Positions 40,967 to 50,993 are shown, counted from the first letter of the stretch. The stretch is DNA of 64,000 nt from an uncultured virus (IMG/VR IMGVR_UViG_3300034071_000245) (IMGVR_UViG_3300034071_000245), one strand, 5' to 3'. Numbers and translations: made by a program. The notes: a model not told the origin generated them from the sequence alone.

Positions 40967-41805
40967 TAGATTAGCCTTCTAACAAAATCTTCCTTGTGAC
41001 CAGTTAGAGTATTAAACTCCAACATGATCTGAGAATAATACATAGGCTTAATAATTTTGATTTGCTTTTTCTTATCGTTCAATTCGTTTTCATAGTCATA
41101 GTTGGTGATAACATCGGCACGAGTATCAATAACAATAGTATCACCGTCAATGACCTCATACTCTCTAACGCCAGTAACCGATAGACCACCTTCTGTTCTT
41201 ACGGAATCACGGTCGGCTGTAAACTTTCTACTAATAGTATCAATGCGAGTAAGAGTGGTATCATCGGTCAGACTTGTTAGGTCTTGATCTGGTCCGTCTG
41301 GATAAGGAACTAGTGCCTGATCCCAGACATAATAATCAAATGGCTTACCAGCAGGATAATCTGTAAAGCGACGAGGTGAAATGATATATCTCGATTCAGT
41401 AACAGTATCCCATGTTAGATTATGTCTAGTGACAACCTTTTCGACATGATGGACAGTCTGAACGGCTGCTTGGGAAGATCCATACTTGGCTTCAATATAT
41501 GAATTGAATGCAGTATAGCCTAGAGGCCAATCGAATTGTGGATCGAAAATCTGATTGGTATATAATATGATCCAACCAGCCCCAGTATCACCATAGACCT
41601 TCTCCGCTATAATCTCTGGTGTTTCATTATCTTCAACAGTGTAAGTATAATATGTAGATAGGTTATTGATAACCTTCTTAAGAATGCCTATACGAAAGAA
41701 AATGTTGGTTACATTCTCAGTCTGTTCATATATTCTGTTCTTATTGATATCATACTTAATCGTAGGAAATACATCAAAGAACTTTGATTGTCTATTAGAT
41801 GCCAT
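40966..41805 (-). CDS. gp53: Baseplate wedge subunit
   Basis: FF..FP.I.YD...TNIF.R...ETPEIIAEKVYGD...WIIL..N...DP.FDWP...YE.ELND.K..IKI. Confidence 0.9.
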   Translation of the reverse strand: MASNRQSKFFDVFPTIKYDINKNRIYEQTENVTNIFFRIGILKKVINNLSTYYTYTVEDNETPEIIAEKVYGDTGAGWIILYTNQIFDPQFDWPLGYTAFNSYIEAKYGSSQAAVQTVHHVEKVVTRHNLTWDTVTESRYIISPRRFTDYPAGKPFDYYVWDQALVPYPDGPDQDLTSLTDDTTLTRIDTISRKFTADRDSVRTEGGLSVTGVREYEVIDGDTIVIDTRADVITNYDYENELNDKKKQIKIIKPMYYSQIMLEFNTLTGHKEDFVRRLI

Positions 41806-41810
41806 TTAGA

Positions 41811-42323
41811 TTACCTTTTAAATACCCAATCTTCTACTGGTAGCTGTATTGCTTTTTCGTATTCATAAGAATATATTTCAACAAATCTCGACTTACAATG
41901 ACTAAACATATACCTATGAATACAAGGTTTAGATAACGACTCAATACCATATGTTGATTGCAGCAAATCATAATTAATAACAAATCTGGTCGACTCATCA
42001 TAACGATCATTATTTCTAAATCTAGACAAACTGGCTAGCAATGCAGTTCTCTCACCGACACTAAGATAATGTAGATTCAATCCTATGAAGCCGTTAGGAA
42101 CCATCTTAAATGGTATGCACATAGGAAACTTATCATACTTGGGCAGATATGCTTTGCCCTTAGGATCATACTTAAAGAAATACATACGACCTATAATCGT
42201 GGAACTTCTGCTGCGTTCATCAGATGTGATTAGATTTCTTCTGGCAACATAAGGTTGTGCGCTTAGTGCCTTTTCTTCTAACCAATCAGATAGTTCGTCC
42301 GATGTATATTGTTTTGTTGCCAT
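41811..42323 (-). CDS. gp2: DNA end protector protein
   Basis: GRMYFFKYDPK.K..LP.YD.FP......GFIGLNLHYL. Confidence 0.9.
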   Translation of the reverse strand: MATKQYTSDELSDWLEEKALSAQPYVARRNLITSDERSRSSTIIGRMYFFKYDPKGKAYLPKYDKFPMCIPFKMVPNGFIGLNLHYLSVGERTALLASLSRFRNNDRYDESTRFVINYDLLQSTYGIESLSKPCIHRYMFSHCKSRFVEIYSYEYEKAIQLPVEDWVFKR

Positions 42324-42337
42324 AAAGGTTATTTATC

Positions 42338-42787
42338 TTACTTTTTGCCAAACAGTTCCGTTTCTGTTATAATCTGAAATTCCCAACCTTTAAACTCACA
42401 ATACTCTCTAGCCGCTTTCCACTTGGCTTGATTAACGCCATAGGTCATAACCTCAGAGATAAATCTTTTAGTGCGTCTCTTAGGCACCTTAGGCTCTAAT
42501 GTTTGTGCCTTGGGTTTAACCTCTAATAGCATAGTCTTTATCGATCCATCAGGCAACATAGCTTCCACATAGAAATCGACAAAGTATCTGTGTAGTCTAC
42601 CGTCAACTGGTGATCTATATGGTATTACTATTTCTTCCGAAGACCATGCTACGATACTAGAGTTCTCATCTAGATTTTTCATTACTTGCTTCTCCCAACC
42701 AGAACGATATACGATATTGGTTGGGTCACCTCTATACTTTTTGGGAAACATTGGTTTGAAGAAGCCTTGTTTGTATTCTCTTGCCAT
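42338..42787 (-). CDS. gp4: Head completion nuclease
   Basis: KYRGDPTNIVYRSGWE...WSSEE..IPY.SPVD...HRYFVDF...EVKP...NQAKW.AA. Confidence 0.95.
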   Translation of the reverse strand: MAREYKQGFFKPMFPKKYRGDPTNIVYRSGWEKQVMKNLDENSSIVAWSSEEIVIPYRSPVDGRLHRYFVDFYVEAMLPDGSIKTMLLEVKPKAQTLEPKVPKRRTKRFISEVMTYGVNQAKWKAAREYCEFKGWEFQIITETELFGKK

Positions 42788-42798
42788 CTATATACCTC

Positions 42799-42806
42799 AC
42801 TAAATA
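42799..42806 (+). promoter_or_regulatory. T4-type late promoter (ACTAAATA) for the plus-strand baseplate cassette
   Basis: Box followed by AGGAG RBS and ATG at 42833. Confidence 0.65.
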
Positions 42807-42832
42807 ATATGTAGTTTACTAGGAGACAATAA

Positions 42833-43549
42833 ATGGCCATATATGAGTTTCCGTCACATCTTTATGATGATAGAAACGGGCATTACATGCGTATTACTGC
42901 TACGCCTGGCGCTATATCAGGATCAACATTTAATCCGGCGCAAGCTGATACATTTGTATTGCCTATGCCTATGGGAAAAGATAGTTACTCATATAAGCAG
43001 AGACATACTTATGGCGATGTTAAGTTGTCACGAGTTGCACTAGGTATGATGGGTATGAGCGGCTATGCAGACGCTATTGAAACAACCGCATCATTGCTAG
43101 GCGCACCTCTAAACCCTGCAATTGAAGTTATTTACGAAAGCACAAACCTCAGAGAGTTCACATTCGCTTTTCTATTTGCACCAGAAACAGAACAAGAATC
43201 AATTGCAGTAGAAAATATCTGTAGAAGAATGAGATTCCATGCTGCACCTGAAATTCTAGGTGGCGGTACTACTGGTGCTAGACAGGGTTGGTTCGCTGCA
43301 TCACCATCAAAATTTAAAATTGACTATAATGTATTGGTCAATGGTAGATGGGAAAGAAATGATACATCTGGCACACCCAAACTACCAAAGATATACGAAG
43401 GTTACATTGATGCTATTGGTGTCAACTATGCTCCCGCTGAAGGACTGTATAGCACATTCTCGAACGGTTACCCCGTTGCAGTAGAAATGGCTATCAGTTT
43501 CAAAGAAACAAGAATTATCGACAAGAGAATGATCAACGATGGCTATTAA
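42833..43549 (+). CDS. gp48: Baseplate tail-tube cap
   Basis: NPAIEVIY....LREFTF.F.FAP..EQES..V..I...F; VNYAP; G.PV..EM.ISFKE. Confidence 0.8.
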   Translation: MAIYEFPSHLYDDRNGHYMRITATPGAISGSTFNPAQADTFVLPMPMGKDSYSYKQRHTYGDVKLSRVALGMMGMSGYADAIETTASLLGAPLNPAIEVIYESTNLREFTFAFLFAPETEQESIAVENICRRMRFHAAPEILGGGTTGARQGWFAASPSKFKIDYNVLVNGRWERNDTSGTPKLPKIYEGYIDAIGVNYAPAEGLYSTFSNGYPVAVEMAISFKETRIIDKRMINDGY

Positions 43550-44204
43550 TTTTCCCAATAAACCTACCAGACTAGGACTAGATTACTTCCAGTCTTCATT
43601 GAATGATATGGGTGGTATTTCAAAACTCGCTCGCTTTGCGGTTCAGATTAAGCCTATCGGGTCAAACAGATTGACTAGTCGTCCGTATTATAGCCAGTTA
43701 AACAATCTTCTCTATGCATGTTACGCCACAGAATTTCCTGGCAGAGGCTTTGATCTATTATCAACCAGATATTACGGTGCACCTCAGACATTTCCTATCA
43801 ACTCTAAGTATGGCACAGCGGCATTCTCTTTTATCTGCCGCAACAACAGCCTAGAAAGACAGGTGTTTGACGATTGGCAGAGTATCATCAATCCAACGAC
43901 GACCTTTAATTTTGAGTATCCTAATAGCTATTACAGTGATATTGTCATGTATCATTATTCAGAAATTGGCGAACCTAATAGACCACAAAATTCATCTGAA
44001 TTACAATTGAACTATGCATGGACACTCAGAAAAGCCTGGCCGTCTCTTGTAAAGCCTCAGCCAGTGACATGGATGGATACCGACTTTCTATTCTTAGAAG
44101 TAGAGTTCACATATCGTTATTGGGATTACGGTGATGTTGCAGCAATCACAGGTGAATATGCCGGAGAGACAAACGCACCAGAACCTAGACCACCGAATGT
44201 TTAA
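43539..44204 (+). CDS. Tail-tube initiator (gp54/gp19-like)
   Basis: GG.....RF.V.I; C...EFPGR; FDDWQ..I; L.KAWP..V......W......L.VEFTYRYW. Confidence 0.75.
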   Translation: MAINFPNKPTRLGLDYFQSSLNDMGGISKLARFAVQIKPIGSNRLTSRPYYSQLNNLLYACYATEFPGRGFDLLSTRYYGAPQTFPINSKYGTAAFSFICRNNSLERQVFDDWQSIINPTTTFNFEYPNSYYSDIVMYHYSEIGEPNRPQNSSELQLNYAWTLRKAWPSLVKPQPVTWMDTDFLFLEVEFTYRYWDYGDVAAITGEYAGETNAPEPRPPNV

Positions 44205-44220
44205 TTAATGGAGATTTATT

Positions 44221-44943
44221 ATGGAGTTACCTAAGATTGATTTGCCAACATATGATGTGAAAATACCATCAACTGGTAAAGAGATTAAAGTCAGGCCATT
44301 CACTGTAAAAGAAGAAAAGCTTTTGCTGATGGCTGTAGAGTCAAAGAACCCAAACGAGATTATTCAAACAGTCAAACAGATTATCAATAACTGTATCGTG
44401 TCTGGCAAGTTTGATGTTAACAAAGCACCTTTCTATGATGTAGACTTTTTGTTTATCTATCTTAGAGCAAAGTCTATGGGTGATAGCGTAGATATCAATC
44501 TGACATGTAAGAATGTGGTTGATGGTGTTGAATGTGGGAATGTGTTTCCTGCAAAACTCAACATTGCCAATGCTGTTATAGAGAAGGATGATAGTATCAG
44601 TAATAAGATAGAACTGACAAATACTACCGGTGTTAAGATGACCTATCCAACATACGATGTTATGAAAAGAATGGAATCTAATAACTCGGTAGATGTTAAG
44701 TCAAGCATCATCGCCGCTAGTATCGAAAGCATATACGATGAAAAGGGTGTGTATAAGTCTTCCGATTACAAGTTCGAACAGCTAAAAGAATTTGTTGAAG
44801 GACTAACAGAAGAAAAGTTTAGAGTCTTGGAAAAGTATGTTGATAACTTTCCATCGTTTGCTGTAGAACTTAAAGAGAAATGCACCAAATGTGGCTTTGA
44901 GCATAATGTGAGGTACAAAGACTTCTATGATTTTTTTTTCTAA
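44221..44943 (+). CDS. gp26: Baseplate hub subunit
   Basis: LPKIDLPTY...IPSTGK.IK.RPFTVKEEKLLL; LRAKSMG; C.KCG; DFF end. Confidence 0.92.
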   Translation: MELPKIDLPTYDVKIPSTGKEIKVRPFTVKEEKLLLMAVESKNPNEIIQTVKQIINNCIVSGKFDVNKAPFYDVDFLFIYLRAKSMGDSVDINLTCKNVVDGVECGNVFPAKLNIANAVIEKDDSISNKIELTNTTGVKMTYPTYDVMKRMESNNSVDVKSSIIAASIESIYDEKGVYKSSDYKFEQLKEFVEGLTEEKFRVLEKYVDNFPSFAVELKEKCTKCGFEHNVRYKDFYDFFF

Positions 44944-44945
44944 TT

Positions 44946-45185
44946 ATGGGGCAAGACAGTCTTTCTACTTTGTTTAGAACCAACTTTGCTCTAATGCAGC
45001 ATCATAAGTGGGGATTGAATGAAATAGAAAGTATGATGCCATGGGAAAGATATGTTTATATCGATCTATTGGAACAGCACATTAAAGAAGAAGACGCCAA
45101 ACAAAGAGATTATGAAGCACAGGCGAGAACAAATCAGAATGTCAGCAGGGTCAATATGCAACCTGCAAAGAACAGGGTAAGGTAA
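44946..45185 (+). CDS. gp51: Baseplate hub assembly catalyst
   Basis: NFALMQHHKW.L.EIE.MMPWER.VY..LL. Confidence 0.9.
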   Translation: MGQDSLSTLFRTNFALMQHHKWGLNEIESMMPWERYVYIDLLEQHIKEEDAKQRDYEAQARTNQNVSRVNMQPAKNRVR

Positions 45186-45188
45186 TAA

Positions 45189-47762
45189 ATGCTTAAGTCA
45201 CAATCAATATCTTTTCAGTTGTTTAAGATATTGCCTATTCAGAAAAGAATGGATCTTGCTCAAAGTCCTGATGCAGGTGCAAGCCTTCTATCTGCATTGA
45301 CTCCTACTCAATTTGCCGAGTTGTTCCCAAAGTATTATCAGAGAGCATTGCCTGATGTTGAAGGCTTTCAGTTAGCCGTAACAAAAAGAACTAGAGAGCA
45401 ACAGCAAAAGGCCGACGGACAGTTACAAGAAAGATTGGCTAGCCTAGAATCAACCAACTCTGAATTAAGACAGGGTATGGAAAAGCTAGGTGTAGCTAGA
45501 GCAAAAGAATTACCTAAGCTATCACCAGAGCAAGAGGCGGCATATAATACAATTAGAACGGCTGATGTTCCTGTTAATTCCGAACAGGGTAAAATGTTTG
45601 CCTCTTTAGATAACGAAAAACTTGCCTCCGTGGGTATTACAAAGACCAAAAATGAAAAGGGTGAAGAGGTATTACATTATACTGCTCCCGTCTCTACAAG
45701 AGAAGAGGCTGTTAGCAGACTGCAAACATCTGGCGGATCAGGTGCATCTATCGGCGAGCGCCTGGCGTTTTATAGACAATATGCTGCATCAAAAGGTGTT
45801 GATCCTGACCTAGTAACGGGTATCGTTATGAGAGAAGGTGGTGGCACCAAGAATAGAATGCAAAGATGGGCAAACGATGATCCATCGAAGTCTGGTAAGC
45901 CCGGTACTGCATATGGCGATTTCCAATTAAATGTTGGTACAACTGTTCACAGAATGGGAAATGATTTTCTCAAAAAAGGTATTCCAATGGATTCTGCACA
46001 TTGGAAAGAACAAGGTATGTTCGCTATCGATCAGATTAAGAATGGTCGTGTTCATGAGTGGATGTCTGTTAAAGACAACGGCGGCATTGAGAGAATTTCT
46101 CAGATAGGTTCCAATGAATGGAGAACCCACGCTTCTTCTGCTACACCTACAAAACCCGAAGGACCAAACGGACAATATTCTGACAAGCAGATTGCAGAAA
46201 TGATATCACAACTCAATCAAGAAAAAGATGCAGCACGCCGTCAGCAACTTGCCAATGTTCTACAGGGTCAAGGTGTTCAAGTTCCTCCAGGAGCTACATC
46301 ATCTGGTGCTGCCCGTGTTCCTGGTAGCGTCATCGGCGGGTTCTATGGCGAATCTCAACAATGTGTGGCACTATCTAAGCACTTTGCGCCACAAGTAGGT
46401 CCTGCCTCTAGCTGGAAAATCAATTACGATTCTTCTGGCTCAGGTATCAAGCCTGGTTCTGTCATTGCTACTACATCATATAACGATGGCTCTGGTGGTA
46501 AGATGGCTAGAACAATGCCTGATCATCGCAGCCACTATCATACAGGTATTGCTCTATCTGCACCAGATGCTCAAGGCAATGTTCTTATTCTAGATCAGTC
46601 TGCCGGTCGTGCCGCACAGATTCATAAGGTAAACATTCACAACTATAATGGTGAGAAGTGGGGACTTGTGCCTGGTGGACAGCCAACACCACGCTCAATG
46701 CAAGCCGTTCATATGGCTATGGGCAGTGCCAATGATATCGAGAAGACAGCTATTAGCGATTCACTAGCTGGCAAAGCACCTACAGCACAATCAACCGCAC
46801 CTGTTCAAGAGGTGAAGCAGGTAACAGAGGCAACTAATACTGTTCCTAAAACTACTGAGAAGCAAGACCCTACTCCTGTATCTAATGCACCTGCGGCTGA
46901 TGCAAAACAGCAAGCACAGGAAGCAAACAAGACTGCCGTTGTTGAGAAGACAGAACAGGCTCAGCCTGCCACACAAGATACAGCAAAGACGGCCGAAGTT
47001 GCTAAGCCTGCTGAAAAAGGTCCTAGTTCATACATGCTCAATAGAAATGAATTGATTTCTGCTATTAGAAACACCGATGAATTTAAGAACACTTTTGGAT
47101 CTTCACTTGCTACAGATAGCATGATCTATGAAGGCTTCTTTAATGATGCCCGCACTCAAAAGATTATGAAAGACACTGGATCAACATATGATGCTGCATC
47201 AGGCACAGTGAAGATTGGTGATTATAAGAAGCTACAGGAAGCCATGCCTGATATGAATGTCAGTAAGTTCCTCAAGCCACTTAAGGGTGCTGCTAGAGGT
47301 GGTAACTTTAATGTTCCTGATGGTGGTCTAACCGCTTATCGTGCTATGGAAGGTAAAGACAATACTCTAGTTGTCGATAAGAATCAAAAGCCACTATTCA
47401 CTATGAATGATAAGGAAGCTGCATCTTTTGATCCTTCACAGAATAAAGTGAAGATTGATCCTAGCTTGAAAGCAAAAGGTGATATGAGAGGACAACAGCC
47501 TTCTCAAACGACTGGTGATAATTCAGAAGTCATGAATAGCATCAACTCACTTAGAAATGATATGATGGCGAGACTTAACAGCACTCCAGCGCCTACACCA
47601 ATGCAGATTAGACCTGGTATGTCGGACACAGGCAACATGATTAATAACTTGCATGATATGACTAGAACGCCATATCTGAACCCTGCATTTGAAAGAGCGG
47701 TCAGAACTGCAAATGATGGGCAGCCTTCAAATCACTTTAATTTCGGTAACAAAAACGGATAA
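45189..47762 (+). CDS. Hub / tape-measure-like protein with putative lysozyme-like and Cys-His amidase domains
   Basis: Position after gp51; GVDPDLVTGIVMREGG...AYGDFQL (SLT-like); QCVAL...W...PGSVIAT...HTGI...LDQ (Tae/BPSL0067-like). Confidence 0.6.
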   Translation: MLKSQSISFQLFKILPIQKRMDLAQSPDAGASLLSALTPTQFAELFPKYYQRALPDVEGFQLAVTKRTREQQQKADGQLQERLASLESTNSELRQGMEKLGVARAKELPKLSPEQEAAYNTIRTADVPVNSEQGKMFASLDNEKLASVGITKTKNEKGEEVLHYTAPVSTREEAVSRLQTSGGSGASIGERLAFYRQYAASKGVDPDLVTGIVMREGGGTKNRMQRWANDDPSKSGKPGTAYGDFQLNVGTTVHRMGNDFLKKGIPMDSAHWKEQGMFAIDQIKNGRVHEWMSVKDNGGIERISQIGSNEWRTHASSATPTKPEGPNGQYSDKQIAEMISQLNQEKDAARRQQLANVLQGQGVQVPPGATSSGAARVPGSVIGGFYGESQQCVALSKHFAPQVGPASSWKINYDSSGSGIKPGSVIATTSYNDGSGGKMARTMPDHRSHYHTGIALSAPDAQGNVLILDQSAGRAAQIHKVNIHNYNGEKWGLVPGGQPTPRSMQAVHMAMGSANDIEKTAISDSLAGKAPTAQSTAPVQEVKQVTEATNTVPKTTEKQDPTPVSNAPAADAKQQAQEANKTAVVEKTEQAQPATQDTAKTAEVAKPAEKGPSSYMLNRNELISAIRNTDEFKNTFGSSLATDSMIYEGFFNDARTQKIMKDTGSTYDAASGTVKIGDYKKLQEAMPDMNVSKFLKPLKGAARGGNFNVPDGGLTAYRAMEGKDNTLVVDKNQKPLFTMNDKEAASFDPSQNKVKIDPSLKAKGDMRGQQPSQTTGDNSEVMNSINSLRNDMMARLNSTPAPTPMQIRPGMSDTGNMINNLHDMTRTPYLNPAFERAVRTANDGQPSNHFNFGNKNG

Positions 47763-47786
47763 AAAAGGGGAGCATTTCTGCTCCCC
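47761..47786. terminator. Rho-independent terminator between convergent units (U-tract on the minus strand)
   Basis: GGGGAGCA-tttc-TGCTCCCC preceded by A6. Confidence 0.85.
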
Positions 47787-47793
47787 TGTATTA

Positions 47794-48744
47794 TCAGTCA
47801 TCTACTAGATCACGGAACATCTTGAGGTCTTCATCTTCGTCCTCATCCGCAACTGGCGCAGGAGCCTTCTTGGCAACAGGCTTAGACTCGGTAAATGGAG
47901 TTTCTTCCACTTCCTCTTCAAAAGTATCTGCTACCTTACGACGAGCAACAGGGGCCTCACTAACACCACAAACATCATCCAGCTTACGCTTTAGTTCCTC
48001 GTAAGTCTTGAAATGCTTGCGATCAACAATCTCCTTCAACGATGGCTCTGACTTCCAGATGTTCTCTAGCTCGGAGTCATCATCAGATAGAGGAGCAGGT
48101 GCTAGGAATACAGACTCATCATAGTTGGGGAAGCTAACATTGCGTCCACCAATATTGACATTCTGACGAGTCATCTTCAACTTGAAGTTAGCGCCATTCC
48201 AAAGATCAAATGGATTGACCTTCTGTTCGGACTCAAGATCAGGATTCATCATCTTAGTGATCTTATCAAAGATTTTCTTACCAAACTTGAAATAGAAAAT
48301 CTTACCTTCTGCACCCTTGTTCTGTGGGTCATTGATAACCTGAATGACAGAAACATAATGCAGACGGCGCTTCTGATCACGAGCCTGCTTACGCTCTGGT
48401 GCATTCTCATCCTGTGTTGAGTTCCAGAGTTTTGAGTTATACTCAGAAACAGGATCCTTCTCATCAAAGGTCGTTAGTGACTTCTCAATATACCACTTAC
48501 CGGTAGCCTTGTTCTGAAAGCCGTGATCCCAGTAACGAACCCAGGGAAGAGCATCGTCACCATCGACGGCAGGACCGGGAAGGAAACGAATAACAGCAAG
48601 TGCATTGCCTGACTTGTCTGGAGTTGGCTTCCAATAAAGATCGGTTGTGTCGTCTTTTTCGTATGTGGGGTTATTGAGCTTGTCCACTTCCTTGAGGAGA
48701 TTGTCGAAGGACTTGGACTGTTTCTTGAGGTTTGCAAAATTCAT
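47794..48744 (-). CDS. gp32: Single-stranded DNA-binding protein
   Basis: WKP..DKSGN..AVIRFLP; HGFQ...GKWYIE.SLTT; FGKKIFDKI; NPFDLWNGANFKLK; NYD.S.F; acidic tail. Confidence 0.97.
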   Translation of the reverse strand: MNFANLKKQSKSFDNLLKEVDKLNNPTYEKDDTTDLYWKPTPDKSGNALAVIRFLPGPAVDGDDALPWVRYWDHGFQNKATGKWYIEKSLTTFDEKDPVSEYNSKLWNSTQDENAPERKQARDQKRRLHYVSVIQVINDPQNKGAEGKIFYFKFGKKIFDKITKMMNPDLESEQKVNPFDLWNGANFKLKMTRQNVNIGGRNVSFPNYDESVFLAPAPLSDDDSELENIWKSEPSLKEIVDRKHFKTYEELKRKLDDVCGVSEAPVARRKVADTFEEEVEETPFTESKPVAKKAPAPVADEDEDEDLKMFRDLVDD

Positions 48745-48807
48745 TGTATGTTCCTTGTATTAGCGTTGTATAGTTTCTTATCCACATTATCATCATATAA
48801 GAAGTGT

Positions 48808-48848
48808 ATTGTAACAGAACAATCTCGTCCTGTCAAGTGGTATTTAGT
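48808..48848 (-). promoter_or_regulatory. Sigma70-type promoter (TTGACA-17-TACAAT) plus upstream late box ACTAAATA for gp32
   Basis: -35 at 48831-48836, -10 at 48808-48813, late box at 48841-48848. Confidence 0.75.
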
Positions 48849-49159
48849 CACCACTCCATGCGAGGATCATTTAGATCCTCCCATTCCCATTTGCCGATAG
48901 AGTCTCGGTTTGTCTGCTCAACTGCGGAGCATTCAAAGCGAATCTCTTGCCATGTCTTATCTCCCCATACACGGCGAGGATTACCACACCAAATACATCC
49001 AGATACACCACAATCCATTGCATCCATCTTATGAAAGCGATGTGGCTGAATAGTATCTCCATACTTATTGAACCAGTATGATGACTTTTTCACCTTGACT
49101 TGTCTATCGATGTGTCGCTTCTTTTGTTGAAATCTTTTCTGTCTCTTTTCTTTACTCAT
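48848..49159 (-). CDS. Basic hypothetical protein with C-x4-C-x2-C-GNPRR motif
   Basis: ORF track; coupled to neighbours. Confidence 0.65.
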   Translation of the reverse strand: MSKEKRQKRFQQKKRHIDRQVKVKKSSYWFNKYGDTIQPHRFHKMDAMDCGVSGCIWCGNPRRVWGDKTWQEIRFECSAVEQTNRDSIGKWEWEDLNDPRMEW

Positions 49160-49337
49160 TCAGGATAATCTCCAAGAAGTATTCTGTTTCTTCGTTTGGC
49201 AGATAACTTAGACCATTCTCCCTTTCATATATTTCAATCTGTGAAACTCTCACACCGTCATACTTATAGAAGACTTCGTATTGTCCATCGACCCAAGCTT
49301 TTAGGATATCAGATGCGTTTCCCTCTAGTGTTTTCAT
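49152..49337 (-). CDS. Hypothetical protein
   Basis: ORF track; overlaps gp59 end and downstream gene start. Confidence 0.55.
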   Translation of the reverse strand: MKTLEGNASDILKAWVDGQYEVFYKYDGVRVSQIEIYERENGLSYLPNEETEYFLEIILNE

Positions 49338-49926
49338 CGACCTTCTCCTTCAGTATGTGTTTGAATTTCTCCTTATCATACTTTAGAAATGGTCTATACT
49401 TTTTCACCTTGAGTGAAACCTTAGGCCAAATCACATCATTGTCATAGTATTTATCAAACTTATCAGCATATCCTGTGAAGTCATTTAGAATTGTCATCGT
49501 CTCAATTGAGATTGACTTGCGTAGAAATAGAATCACAATATCTGGATATCTATCATTACTCACATTGAAGGACACTCTCGGATCATCTTCTTTGAAGACC
49601 TTTTGTATGTCATCGGCAAAGAGATAAGACAAACTCTGTCTCCGTCTTGTATAGGCAGTATGAACATCATTTGCTTCTTCGCTTGCAAACTCTAATATGT
49701 AATGCTTGTCATCTAGAAGATTGGCAACATAGTGATCACGCAATTCTTCTGCATTGTATTCTTTGGCTAGTTTCTCATAGAACCATTTGTCATTTCGTTT
49801 TAGATATGACTCCTTGTTTGCACGGAGTTTACCGTTCATTTGAAAGAAGTCATACTTTTGACTGGTGAAATGAGTCCTAAGTGCCAAGAATAGCAAATAG
49901 GACCCATAGCCTGTGAAATGTTTCAT
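49309..49926 (-). CDS. gp59: Helicase loader
   Basis: Y.LFLALRTHF...KYDFF..NGK......Y.KRND..F.EKL; ISIET..IL; KKY.PFL; near gp32 and gp33. Confidence 0.9.
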   Translation of the reverse strand: MKHFTGYGSYLLFLALRTHFTSQKYDFFQMNGKLRANKESYLKRNDKWFYEKLAKEYNAEELRDHYVANLLDDKHYILEFASEEANDVHTAYTRRRQSLSYLFADDIQKVFKEDDPRVSFNVSNDRYPDIVILFLRKSISIETMTILNDFTGYADKFDKYYDNDVIWPKVSLKVKKYRPFLKYDKEKFKHILKEKVDENTRGKRI

Positions 49927-50759
49927 CGAGTCTGTAGGTAAGGATCAATGTTCATTACTTCATCAACGGTCTGTGCTACGAAACCTTGGGACTGCTGCTG
50001 CATTGGAGGAAGACCATATGAGTCTAACATCTTGGCTGCCATTTCTTCTTTTATCTTATTATAAGAATCCTTGATCATATCAGATGTGAGACCTCTTAGA
50101 TTTGAATACGGCTCATTAGGTGTTTCTAACACCCAACCTTCATTGAGGAACTTGTTCTTACGGTATATCTGATTTGGGTGTTCAAGTTGTTTATGGTTCC
50201 ACTTGAGGACCTTATTCTTGATACAGTCAAAGGTCTCACGGTTGATATAGAGTTTATCCTCTAGAGGATCATATGACACCTTGCAATGCTTATAATCAAA
50301 GTGTGCTAGTAGTTCCTCACGAGTCTGATACTTGGTGAGAATATACTGTGCCTGCGTTCTATGATTATTGATCACATCAACAATGTTTGTATTGTGCATA
50401 TAAGACATCATTTCGGAACGTGACCATTCCGTGTCTGCAAAAGGAACATCATCAAAGATTGAATTGATAGGTGTGATAGGATTGTAGGCGGCCGCCATTG
50501 CCTTTTTCGCCGCTTCTTCTCTTTCACTCTGCTTCTTGAAACCTTCTGTCAGGTGGTTATAAACACCAACATCATTATTCAATACAAAGATATCAATGTC
50601 CTTGAACTTAATATTCTTTAGGACATTTGTAAAGAATCCACCAGCAATCACAACATTATTGCCATACAGACCCGATAAGAGATTTCGTGTTTTGATTAGA
50701 GATTTGATTGCTCTTTTGGATTCTTCAATATCATACTTTTCATTATCACTAAACATCAT
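49923..50759 (-). CDS. Pol-beta superfamily nucleotidyltransferase (CCA/polyA-polymerase-head-like)
   Basis: VVIAGG...KDIDIF catalytic motif; FDYKHC downstream. Confidence 0.65.
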   Translation of the reverse strand: MMFSDNEKYDIEESKRAIKSLIKTRNLLSGLYGNNVVIAGGFFTNVLKNIKFKDIDIFVLNNDVGVYNHLTEGFKKQSEREEAAKKAMAAAYNPITPINSIFDDVPFADTEWSRSEMMSYMHNTNIVDVINNHRTQAQYILTKYQTREELLAHFDYKHCKVSYDPLEDKLYINRETFDCIKNKVLKWNHKQLEHPNQIYRKNKFLNEGWVLETPNEPYSNLRGLTSDMIKDSYNKIKEEMAAKMLDSYGLPPMQQQSQGFVAQTVDEVMNIDPYLQTR

Positions 50760-50768
50760 GTCACCATA

Positions 50769-50993
50769 TTAAAGAGGGAGTTGGGAGGTATCCGATTTCT
50801 TGAGGAAGTGTAGATTTTCGGCTTCTAGTTTGATTTTGGATTTAAGAACACCAGAGACTAACTTAGCGGCTACTTCTACCTCAAAACCGTTTTCGTCGCA
50901 ATACATACAGATTGCATCGATATAAGGTATGTCTTTCATATAGACCATTTCTTCAATGGCCATAGAAAAGCGATTGATATCTTCGGCGTTCAT
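50769..50993 (-). CDS. gp33: Late transcription coactivator; start revised to MNAED
   Basis: FS..IE..V......YIDAI..YC.E...EVE..AKL.S..LK.KI..EA..L.FLK. Confidence 0.9.
   Translation of the reverse strand: MNAEDINRFSMAIEEMVYMKDIPYIDAICMYCDENGFEVEVAAKLVSGVLKSKIKLEAENLHFLKKSDTSQLPL

Noticed and set aside
172..41287. Numerous short plus-strand and alternative-frame ORFs over the structural genes
   Set aside because: Shadows of long repetitive minus-strand CDSs with no independent motifs
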